From Balanoglossus misakiensis (Eukaryota; Animalia; Hemichordata), in the NCBI GenBank assembly GCA_040954595.2, contig CM082585.2:2076902-2140901 (forward strand): 64,000 nt of DNA, in the 5' to 3' direction. The notes under the pieces are model-generated. The model had not been told where the DNA came from and did no database searches. It saw nothing but the letters and a program-made list of their open reading frames with translations. Shown in pieces: positions 53,551-64,000 of this stretch (the first letter of the stretch is position 1; each line of letters opens with the position of its first letter). Made by a program: the position numbers and the translations under genes.

Positions 53551-54526
53551 TGGGGCCAAAATAAAAGGGAAATTTTTGGGCTCACCTGTAACACCTGCTT
53601 AACACATTAATTATGTGCATACCTAATTCCGGGCTAACTAATAGGGCTAGAGGTTTTGTTCTGGTGGGACATGGACCAGTATAGGGTCAAAATTTCTTGC
53701 CCAAATTTTGGGTGACCTCAGGTGACCTTTGACCTACTTTCCTATATCTCGGCATCCAGAGCAGGTACAGAGTTGGCGTTTGGAGGGTTGGGACTGAAAT
53801 TGAAAAGCCGAAATTGGGGGTCACCTGTGACACCTGCATATCTCATTAATTATGTGCATACCTAATTCCAGGCTAACCAATAAGGCTATAGGTTCGGTTT
53901 TTGTTGAACATGGACCAGTATAGGGTCAAAATTTCTTGCCCAAATTTTGCATGACCTCAGGTGACCTTTGACCTACATTACCAAATCTTGACATCCAGAG
54001 CAGGCACAGACTTGGCGTTTGGAGGGTTGGGACTAAAATTGAAAAGCCGCAATTGGGGGTCACCTGTGACACCTGCATATCTCATTAATTATGTGCATAC
54101 CTAATTCCAGGCTAACCAATAAGGCTATAGGTTCGGTTTTTGTTGAACATGGACCAGTATAGGGTCAAAATTTCTTGCCCAAATTTTGCATGACCTCAGG
54201 TGACCTTTGACCTACATTACCATATCTTGACATCCAGAGCAGGTACAGACTTGGCGTTTGGAGGGTTGGCACTAAAATTGAAAAGCCGCAATTGGGGGTC
54301 ACCTGTGACACCTGCATATCTCATTAATTATGTGCATACCTAATTCCAGGCTAACCAATAAGGCTATAGGTTTGGTTTTTATTGAACATGGACCAGTATT
54401 AGGTCAAAATTTCTTGCCCAAATTTTGCATGACCTCAGGTGACCTTTGACCTACTTTATCATATCTTGGCATCCAGAGCAGGTACAGACTTCGCGTTTGG
54501 AGGGTTGGGACTGAAATTGAAAAGCC
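53551..54526. repeat. 239-bp tandem repeat, 4 copies, in the Helentron subterminal region
   Basis: TCACCTGT.ACACCTGC...ATTAATTATGTGCATACCTAATTCC...TGACCTCAGGTGACCTTTGACCT...GCGTTTGGAGGGTTGG recurs every 239 bp. Confidence 0.97.
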
Positions 54527-55868
54527 TGTGACCGACATGTAAGTGTTCAGTTGATATCATGGATGTTTTATTTTTTATGAATTTTTTCGTCTTTGTCAAT
54601 ATTTTAGGTGAAAACAAATTTTTCTGAAAGTTATGGGTCAATGGCTTTAAAATTTAGAATGAAGCTTGGTATACTGAAAGGCAATTGAGGTCATTTTGGG
54701 GCAATTTGTTGCATAATTTGCATATTTGTAATTTTGGGGATATTTGGTCAAAATTCATTTCAAGTTAAGGTGTCGTGAAAGTATGGTGACATTCCCATAA
54801 TTGTGTTCTTGGTGCATTTTTTGCAATTTTTTGCCAAAAATTGGTTTCTATGAATCCACTTGGCAGATTGCTGTGCATGTTGTAGGCATATTTCTTATGG
54901 TGACTGAAGTAAGACATTGTACTGTGCTGTGGATATTTGCATATTTCTGGTTTTGCCTCTATGAACAAATCCAGTGCTTTGAAAGGTACTCTTTACATGA
55001 GGACACTTTGGTTTGTCCATTTTAGCTGTTTGCCTTTCTGTTTCATCGTTTTTGTGTAATCTATTCCCTGATACACCCAGTCCTAAGTGCAATCTCTCCT
55101 AGAGTGTACATGAGCTGATTATGTCACAGTTATATTTGTGTATCGAAATAACCTTGGGGCAGTGTAGCACACACCATACTTATGTAGGTGTAGCAGCATT
55201 GGAAAGACTGCTTGATTTTCTGTAGTTGAAAGAACACACAGGAGTAGCTCAAAACATGTGTTGGCATTATTGTAATAACTTTAGATCTGTTGCTATCTAA
55301 ACATATTGTTTGCACTATTGCACTATATTATTGTTGACAAACCTCTCAACGTAAGGCGGTGCCAGTATACCCTATGCTGTAATTGCGGATTCCAAATTCT
55401 TGGCTGTTATCTGCTGACTTTGAACCCCAAAGTATCAAGCTACTGTTGCCAGCAATGTGAGGGAGTAGTGGCAGTGCCAGGAACAGCCTAATGAGCAGCC
55501 ACTTCCTGTCATTGTTTTGGAACAGTTAGAGACTTAACCAGCTCTTGAAGAATCACTTTTTATCAAATTGCAGGTAATTATATTACATATTCTATTTTTC
55601 AGCTGAAGTTTTTCATAGTGTTTCTCTATTTTGGAAGTCCTAGAACATGTGATGGTCATATTGATGTTGTAGTTTCAATTACTCCTATAAAAATGATGGA
55701 AATATATGTTGTGTGAGTATGTTAAAATTAAGCAATTGTACATGTTACATTTTTGCCAGGCTTTTACTTGCATATTATCTAGGCAGTTTCAAGTTGTCTA
55801 ACCAATGATGTTAAAATGCTGTTATTGATATTATCACATTCTTGTCTTTTGCTACTAAGGTCAGAATT

Positions 55869-55913
55869 ATGCCAAGGAAAAAGAATTGGAGAAAATCAGC
55901 TGTGAAAAAATCG
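55869..55913 (+). CDS. Predicted first coding exon of the Helentron protein (MPRKKNWRKSAVKKS, NLS-like)
   Basis: ATG at 55869 and donor TCG|GTATGT at 55914 (phase 0). This joins in frame to the acceptor TTTTTAAACAG|G at 56989/56990, which has a branch-like TTCTAAT just upstream. Confidence 0.65.
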
Positions 55914-56989
55914 GTATGTGTGTATTTGCATACTATAAAATTGTACATACTTGTAAACAGGAAAAGGAGTTCTTCATTTGAGCAGGGGAAAGTTGGTCAA
56001 CGTCACTGTTTGGTCGCAGGGTAGGCTTTTAGCAGCTAGTCCGTAATGATCAGTAAAATCGAAAGTAACGTTATGTCTTCAATTTTGGATTATTGGCTTC
56101 TCATGTCACTGCGTTTGCTTTTGAAATACAAGGCCATGAATTTTGTTGATAATTGAGGAAAATTGCTGAGTCAGCATATTCAGTGAGGGTGTATCTATGG
56201 GCGAAACACTTGTAAAGTTTATCTAAAAAAAATACAGTGACCAAACGATATTTGATGGATGCATTTATTTCTATTTGATTGAGCTATGTGTAATATTTCA
56301 TAGAAATAGTAGAAGTGAGTTTTCTAGGTATTCTCAATGTAATTATATGGGAAAAGTCATAGGCACAAACCTTTTCCAGTTTTGAAGTTTGTTTTAAACT
56401 TGGTAGTTTCAGAGTAGATAGAGGGTACGTTCAACTTTCCAGACTAAATTTGTCAGGTGAAGTGTGTGGTTTCAAAAGGTTCAACTGGAAAAGATTTATG
56501 TGGGAAAGTTTTATTTGATATGGAACTTTGTAGAAAGGTGAGGTTTGTAGGTGATATAATTTCAATGTTGCAATGAGCTTTCGAATGATTGTGAAACATG
56601 AGTGTAAGACAATGTTATGGCAGGCCAACCCTGTGCCGCTAGTAGTTTTTGATGAGGTGGCGTGACAATAGCCATGTTACTAATTTGTGCAATGTCTTTG
56701 TCCACATGTGATATACAAATATTATGCAAGTAGCTAAATTTTGCAAAATGTATTGAAATTACAACAAATTTATACAAAAGCTTAATTGAACACATTTGCA
56801 ATGTAAATACTAGTGATAGTACTTATATGTACATGATATACACAAAACCAATTTGAATATGACGCAAAATTGACCTGTCATTGGCTCTCATTGTCATAGT
56901 ACTCATCAGGGGTCAAATAAGGACATGTGATGGAAATTAAAGGTAACTGTATTTTCTAATTGTCGCTTATCTTGTTTATTTTTAAACAG

Positions 56990-59900
56990 GCTGATGGACC
57001 AATCATATCAGCTGGGTCTGATTCTGGTTTGGGTGGATCCAGTAAAGTAAAACACCCTGTGCTACAAGGAACATTCAAGAAGTCAGATTCGTACGGCAAT
57101 GCCAATAACAATACATCAATATCGTCAAGCATAGAACCATACAGCAATAATATGTCTACATCTTCAAGTACCATTATCAAAAGTTTTAATGCCACTCAAT
57201 CAGTTACAACCTTCAATAAGAATTCTTCGACCAGTGTGTCAAATCAAAATTCCTCTTGTGTATACTACAGTGCAAATGATGCACATGACAAACAAGAATT
57301 ATACTCCTCTCACAATAGTCACACTTTACACTGGGAAAGTTACACAATAGACAGTGTACTCCAAGGTAGTTTTCATCAAGGCAATGATATTTTCAGCATA
57401 AATTCACGAGGTAGACAATGTACTTGTAATGCCCTTGCTTTCCTTTGCATATCAAAAGAAAGAGAGATGACATTGACATCTAATGACTTAGATCACATTT
57501 TACATGCTGGTGATAATTTATACATTAAAACCACAAATGACCTCAGAGCAAGTAATAAATTATTTTCTGAAATACTAATGTGTGATGAATTGCCAAATAC
57601 TGTTCACATGAATTCTGTGCAGTTCAATATTACACAAGGAAGACTGTACTTTGGTATGTTAGACTGTATGTCTGACTATGATGAACAAGGATGTATGGTG
57701 TTCAGAGATGCTATGATTAACATGTTCAATTCTAGTAACTCAGTTATGTTAATACTTGGTGGCTACAGCATGGCCCTTTCTGCAACAGATGGCAAATACT
57801 TCGTATTTGATTCTCATAGTCGAAACTCACATGGTTTCCAATGTTCTGACGGTTCAAGTATGGTATTGAGTTTTCCGACTCTAAATGATTTAACAAACTA
57901 TTTGTATTCATTATTTCATAACCTTAACTTCAATAACATGACACCTTATGAACTTCAAGAATTAACCATTCATATAGAGAGTTCATCTTCTCAGAGACTG
58001 TATCAACGGACTCAAAGGCATTCAGACCTGTTAGACAACTATTTCGAGTCACAAAAACAATTACAAGCTAATAAACAGTGTATGCAAACTTCTAATACCA
58101 TTGATGCACTTCCATCAGGTTCATGTAGAAGAAAATCAAGAAAGGTATATGACAGAGAATACAAACGGTTGAAAAGACAGGATCCTTCATTTAAAACCAA
58201 TGAAAGAAAGAGAGACAAGGAGAGGAAATGTGCACAAAGACAAAATCCTGACTTCAAAGAGAGAGAAAAGTCAAAAGTGCAAGCACATATAAAGACATTG
58301 CGCCAGAATGTAGAATACAGAGACAGAGAAAAGTTATCTCAACAATATCAAAAAAGAACAATACGTGCAAACCCACAATATAGAAAGAGAGAAAAGGAAA
58401 AATTGCAATCACACATACAAATCCTGCGTCAAAATCCTTCATTCCAAGAGAAAGAGAAGGTGAAATTAAACTCACACAAGCAAACTCTGCGTCAAAATCC
58501 TGTATTCCGAGAGAAAGAGAAGGTCAAATTGAAATCACGCATTTACACTCTGCGTCAAAATCCTGTATTCCGAGAGACAGAAAAGGTGAAATTAAACTCA
58601 CACAAGCAAACTCTGCGTCAAAATCCTGTATTCCGAGAGAAAGAGAAGGTCAAATTAAAATCACGCATTAACACTCTGCGTCAAAATCCTGCATTCCGAG
58701 AGAAAGAGAAGGTGAAATTAAACTCACACAAGCAAACTCTGCGTCAAAATCCTGTATTCCGAGAGAAAGAGAAGGTCAAATTGAAATCACGCATTAACAC
58801 TCTGCGTCAAAATCCTGCATTCCGAGAGAAAGAAAAGGTGAAATTAAACTCACACAAGCAAACTCTGCGTCAAAATCCTGCATTCCGAGAGAAAGAAAAG
58901 GTGAAATTAAACTCACACAAGCAAACTCTGCGTCAAAATCCTGCATTCCGAGAGAAAGAAAAGGTGAAATTTAAAGCACACATTAAAACTTTGCGTCAAA
59001 ATCCTGCATTCCGAGAAAAAGAAAAGCCAAAACTGAAAGAACACATTAAAAGTCTGCGTCAAAATTCCACATTTCGACAAAATGAGAAAATACAGTCACA
59101 GGCACGTATCAAGACTTCACGCAAAAGTAAAACCTTCAAAGAGCACGAAAACAAAAAGCAACAGATCTACAGAAAAATGAAGAGACAGGATAGAAACTTC
59201 AGAAAAAAAGAAAACTTACAAAAGAAGTTTGTGAAATGCAGTGAAAAAATTCAAACATTTCAAATTGACAAAAAACAACATGTTACACACAATGGTTTTA
59301 GCAAACATAGAGGTTTTGAGACCCGACAATTATGCGGGGAATCGTTGCAGGCATGCATAAATATATTTCATAGAACTGTATCACAAGGCCCTGTCTATGT
59401 CTGCTCATCATGTCATCAAACTTGGTTCAGAAAATCTGTTACTCCTGCTGCCAAATTATCTGAACGAGGCATTGCATCAAAATGTTTGACTGCATACACT
59501 TCTGTTGACAATATAGAGTGGGTGTGTAACACATGCTACAGATCCATATCTGCTGGTAAAATCCCCAGATTGTCTATAGCTAATAATGTTAATTTCCCTG
59601 ATATTCCACCACAGTTACAGTTGCACCCTTTGGAAGAAAGATTGATAGCACTCAGAATTCCATTCATGCATATGTGCAGTTTGCCACGTGGAGGTCAAAG
59701 GTCATTATCTGGTCCGGTAGTCAATATTCCAACAGATATCACCCCTACTGTTAATGCTCTGCCAAGAATGCTAGATGATTCAGCTACTATACCAGTCAAA
59801 CTGAAACGAAAACTATCGTACACGCGAAGTGAATTTACAGAAAATATTCGACCAAATAAAGTGATGGCAGCACTTGTGTGGCTCATGAAAAACAGTGTTT

Positions 59901-62900
59901 TGTACCAAAATTCAGGTATTCCAATTAATCACAACTGGTCTCAGGAATTTGAAAACACAGATAATGATATGGCTGTATTTATTGAAAATACAAACACTGA
60001 ACAAGAGCAAGCTGATGATCCTGAATCTGAATCAGATTCTGATTCTGATAAATTCAGTGAGGTTGATCCAGCAGAGGGAGCTGTTGCTAATATGGACACT
60101 TTACTTGATGATTCAGATTATCGTAATCAAATTTTAACATTTGCCCCTGGTGAAGGTCAACGCCCTCTTAGTCTGTTCAATGATACAGATGCAGAATATC
60201 TAGCCTTTCCAACTATATTCTGTGGACAACGCAGAAATATTGATCAAATCCACACCTCAAATGTACATTACAGTGATGTTTGTAAATGGGAATTGCGTAA
60301 TGTTGATAGACGCGTTGCAAACTCTGTACCAAATATGTTTTTCAAAGTGAAGAAACTGCAGTTAAAACAGATCAGTAGTAAAGTCCACCTTGCATTGAGA
60401 CGATGTAAAACTGAAGGCAGAACTTACAAAGTTGCAGATTTATTAAATCCAGAAAGAGTAAGTGATTTACTTAGACTTGATGACGGATTTTACATATTCA
60501 GAGATTTGCGCAATTCACCACCCTATCTAGAAAAGAGGAAGAAAGATGTATTTGCAATGATTAGACAACTTGGTTTACCAACATGGTTTTGTTCTCTGTC
60601 TAGTGCTGACACAAAGTGGATTGACTTACATCAAATACTGGGTACACTTGTAGATGGTAAGAAATATACTGCTGATGAACTTAAAGCCATGGATTGGGCT
60701 ACAAAGTCCAGGTTACTTCAATCTGACCCAGTGACATGTGCTCGTTTCTTTGACCACAGAATTCATGAATTCATCAATACAGTACTTAGAGGTCCATGTG
60801 ATCCATTGGGCAAAATCACTGATTACTTCTACAGAGTGGAATTTCAACAACGTGGCTCACCACACATCCATATGCTAATGTGGATTGAGAATGCACCAAA
60901 TTATCAACAAAACACACCAACAGAAGTGATTGATTTCATTGACATATATGTATCTTGTTCTTCCAATGTACCAAGTGAAATGGCTGAAGTATTGAATCTG
61001 CAGACACATAAGCACTCTAAGACATGCCGAGTAAAAGGCAAACCTGTATGTCGTTTTGGATACCCAATGCCTCCTATGTCAGAAACAATGATTCTCTCAC
61101 CATTAAATGCTGATCCAGATGAAGAACAACATTACAAACAGAAATATGAAGAAATCAAACAAAAACTGGATGATATGAAAGAAGGCAAACCAATATCATA
61201 TGATGACTTCCTATCTACTGAGCTGCAAATCAGTCATGATGAATACATAAAATGCATTCAGAGTTCACTCAAAACTACCACAATATTTCTCAAAAGAGAA
61301 CCAAGTGATTTACGTGTCAATGCCTACATGAAATTATTATTGTCTGCATGGGGAGCAAATCATGATCTACAGTTTGTTTTAGATCCATACGCCTGTGCCA
61401 TGTACATTGTATCCTATATCAGTAAATCCCAAAGAGGCATGAGTGCATTACTTGACCAAGCATGCAAAGAAGCCAGAAAAGGCAATATGGAACTGAAAGC
61501 ACAGGTCAGACATATTGGAAATAAATTCCTTAACAATGTAGAAATCAGTGCACAAGAGGCTGCTTACATCATCCTGCAGTTGTCACTTACTAAAGCTACA
61601 AGACAAGTGGTATTTATAAACACATCACCACCTGATCAAAGAACATTCCTGCTCAAAAGCAAAACTGCCCTTGAAAATACACCAGCAGAATCTACTGACA
61701 TAGAAAGTGACAATCTAATCAAACGTTATGCTAGACGGCCAAAAGCATTAGAAAATTGGTGTCTTGCAGATTATGCATCTAAACTTAGAGTCACATATTC
61801 AACCAAATGCACTGATAATTATCCACAAGATATAAATGATGATGATCATGATGACCCTGATTTAGGTGTGGACTCAGAATCTGACAATATGACAAGTAAA
61901 ATAAATATCATTCTCAAAAATGGTATGAAAATACAAGAACGTGTAAATCCGTGTATAATACGCTATGTCAATTATAGTAAGAAAGTTGACTATGAAAATT
62001 ACTGTCGTGAAAAATTGTTGCTGTACATGCCATGGAGAAATGAAAGCTCTGACCTTCTAAACAGTTGTGCCACCTTTCAAGAATCTTATAATCATAACAA
62101 ACACATTATTGCACAAACCATAGATAAGTATGAACATAATTCAGAGTTGATAGATCAAGCCACTACAGCTGCAGAGCAACTTGATAATGATGATTTAAAT
62201 GCATTTGATCAGATTGCTCCAAATACGCAACATGCTGAGAGAGATGATCTAGAAGAAGGAACTACTACACCAAATGATCATTTCATATACTTTCAACCTG
62301 ATGACCAACCAGAACATACCACTTATGATATAGGTGTTGACATTGGTATGAATACGACTGTCACCACTGATGACACCAGCAACGTCCCAGGACGTATCCC
62401 TGATGAACAATATCACAAACTTGTGAGATCTCTCAATGTAAAACAAAGGGAAATATTTCATCATGTTTTGAAATCAGTCAAGACAAATCATGATCCAATG
62501 CATATATTTATCACAGGGGGTGCTGGTACAGGAAAGTCAGTTGTAATCCGAGCAATATATCAGGCATTACATCGCTATCTGTGTTCAATTGCTGGTGAAT
62601 CACCACTCGACTGTCGTTTATTGTTATGTGCGCCAACTGGTAAAGCAGCCTATCATATCAATGGTAGTACTATTCATGCAGCTTTCAAAGTACCTGCAAG
62701 TCAAGGTTATAAATACAAACCACTGGATAGCGATAAACTTAATACTTTGCGAAGTAAATATCAACATTTATCAGTTGTAATCATTGATGAAATCAGCATG
62801 GTAGGCCATGAGCTTTTAAATTTCATAAATCTCCGACTTCAACAAATAAAAGGTAACAATCAAGTATTTGGTGGTGTTTCAATGATAACTGTTGGTGATT

Positions 62901-64000
62901 TATTTCAACTCAAACCAGTAATGGATGGCTGGATATTCAAAGACCTAACAAAAGAGTATGGCCCATTAGCAACTAATCTGTGGAAAGAACATTTCACCAT
63001 GCATGAACTAACACAGATCATGAGACAGAAAGATGATGAAGACTTTGCTCAACTATTGAATAGATTGAGAGAAGGGAGGCACACAGATGAAGATATTTCT
63101 GAATTGCAAAACTATGTAATATCTCATGATCAACCACTCAACGAGTCCATTCCTCATTTATACACCACCAATGCAATGGTAGAGTCACATAATGATAAAG
63201 TTTACCAAAATGCTACATCCCATAAACTTGTTGTACCAGCACTGGACACAGTTATTGGTGATGTCTCACAACAAGTGAAAGCACAGCTTTTGAAGACCAT
63301 TCCAAAAGATCCATCCAAAACATGCGGTTTATTATCACAAGCACCTATAGCTGTTGGACTGCGATATGATCTCACTGCCAATGTTGATGTTGAGGATGGT
63401 ATGACAAATGGTGCCAGTTGTGTAGTGCAACAAATAGACCACAGAATGACAGGAACATCAAACAACCGCCCCAGTATAATTTGGGTTCAATTTGATGATA
63501 AAAATGTTGGTCTATTAAGAAGACATAAATACAAACATTTGCATCAACCAGAAATTGGTAAACAATTGACTCCAATATTTGACATTAAACGCCAGTTTCC
63601 TACCAGTAAATATTACAAACATGTATCTGTCATGAGAATTCAATTTCCACTTAGACCGTCTGCTGCAAAAACTATTCACAAATCTCAGGGTGATACACTT
63701 GATAAGGTAATAATCCATATGGGTACAAGAAAAATTGACCATATACATTATGTCGCAATAAGTAGAGTGCGTACAATAAGTGGACTTCAGATACTGGAGT
63801 TGAATAAAAATAAAATCGCAATATCTGAAGCAGTTCACAATGAAATGAAAAGACTCCGTGATGACAGCCAACTTCAATTATGCTTCAAACCATTATATGC
63901 CCTCCCTCATGACCACTGCAAAGTAGTATATCAAAACGCTAGATCACTCCATAAACATTTTGCAGATTTATGCAGTGACCACAATATAATTGCTGCTGAT
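56990..64000 (+). CDS. Helentron Rep/Helicase polyprotein, main exon (>2300 aa, 3'-partial): VTD deubiquitinase - 21-aa repeats - Zn finger - HUH/Y2 Rep - Pif1 helicase - AP endonuclease
   Basis: Manual translation of frame +2 finds no stop from 56990 to 64000; first internal ATG at 57152. Motifs are listed in the domain entries below. Confidence 0.95.
57353..57970 (+). other. Domain: herpesvirus large-tegument-like deubiquitinase (peptidase C76 / VTD)
   Basis: LQGSFHQGNDIFSINSRGRQCTCNAL (Gln 57377, Cys 57419), DLDHILHAGDNLY and YFVFDSHSRNSHG (Asp 57809, His 57815). Confidence 0.85.
58172..59242 (+). repeat. In-frame 63-bp (21-aa) coding tandem repeat, ~17 units with a near-identical core at 58424-59053
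   Basis: LRQNP(V/A)FREKEKVKL(NSHKQ/KSRIN)T units start at 58424, 58487, 58550 ... 59054, with diverged units on both sides. Confidence 0.97.
59387..61560 (+). other. Domain: Zn finger + Helitron Rep (HUH-Y2 rolling-circle initiator)
   Basis: GPVYVCSSC..WVCNTC; LRNSPPY..AMIRQLGLPTWFCSLS; YRVEFQQRGSPHIHMLMW (HUH at 60863-60871); YIVSYISK (61403-61426). Confidence 0.95.
62430..63800 (+). other. Domain: Pif1-family SF1B helicase
   Basis: GGAGTGKS (62516-62539), APTGKAA, IIDEISMV, GDLFQLKPV, LTQIMRQ, DGMTNG, QFPL..TIHKSQGDTL and YVAISRV. Confidence 0.97.
63920..64000 (+). other. Domain: start of an AP-endonuclease (EEP) domain, cut off by the window edge
   Basis: KVVYQNARSLHKHFADLCSDHNIIAAD matches the first strand and NxRSL motif of EEP domains, at the position expected in Helentrons. 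Only ~27 aa are visible. Confidence 0.65.

Larger units (their letters stand above)
53037..64000 (+). mobile_element. Autonomous Helentron (endonuclease-encoding Helitron variant); 3' end outside the window
   Basis: HINE-type 5' terminus at 53037. No matching 3' subTIR plus hairpin was found before the Rep/Helicase gene. The uninterrupted ORF has a Helentron-type HUH motif (EFQQRGSPHIH) and the start of a C-terminal EEP domain. Linking the terminus to the gene is inferred. Confidence 0.85.

Noticed and set aside
53548-53557. CAATGGGGCC as a 3' subTIR closing a short HINE at 53037-53560
   Set aside because: It has one mismatch and no following hairpin or T-run, and it aligns with the start of the 239-bp repeat unit.
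57353-57970. Endogenous herpesvirus fragment
   Set aside because: The domain is in frame within a Helentron polyprotein, and no other viral genes are present.
62430-63800. Cellular PIF1 gene
   Set aside because: The helicase is fused to an HUH Rep in a single giant exon downstream of a transposon terminus.
58039-63877. Short ORFs listed within the Helentron gene
   Set aside because: They are antisense or off-frame shadows of the long frame +2 ORF.

Overview
Eukaryotic, AT-rich, repeat-dominated DNA, probably from an invertebrate animal and probably heterochromatin or a satellite edge. No cellular gene is recognisable. Layout: (1) 1-36086 is a ~131-133 bp satellite (~270 monomers) with layered subfamilies and higher-order repeats (HORs); the short ORFs there are artefacts. 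(2) 36087-46731 is a transposon graveyard. It holds an Academ-like 3' remnant, a 5'-truncated Tx1/L1-type LINE with poly-A tail and a 14-bp target-site duplication (TSD), a decayed Ngaro/DIRS element (gag, RT/RNase H, tyrosine recombinase), a Gypsy integrase fragment, a complete ~637-bp non-autonomous Helentron (HINE/DINE-like), a 143-bp hairpin and a 354-bp tandem duplication. (3) 46733-53038 is a 78-bp A/T-tract satellite. (4) 53037 to the window end is an apparently intact autonomous Helentron starting in a T-run of that satellite. It has a terminal hairpin, a microsatellite, 4x239-bp subterminal repeats and a predicted spliced gene. The main exon (56990->64000, >2300 codons, no stop by my manual translation) is absent from the ORF track, presumably because it runs off the window. 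It encodes a herpes-tegument-like deubiquitinase (VTD/C76), a 21-aa tandem repeat array, a Zn finger, HUH-Y2 Rep, Pif1 helicase and the start of an AP endonuclease. All family calls come from motif recognition by eye; no database search was run.
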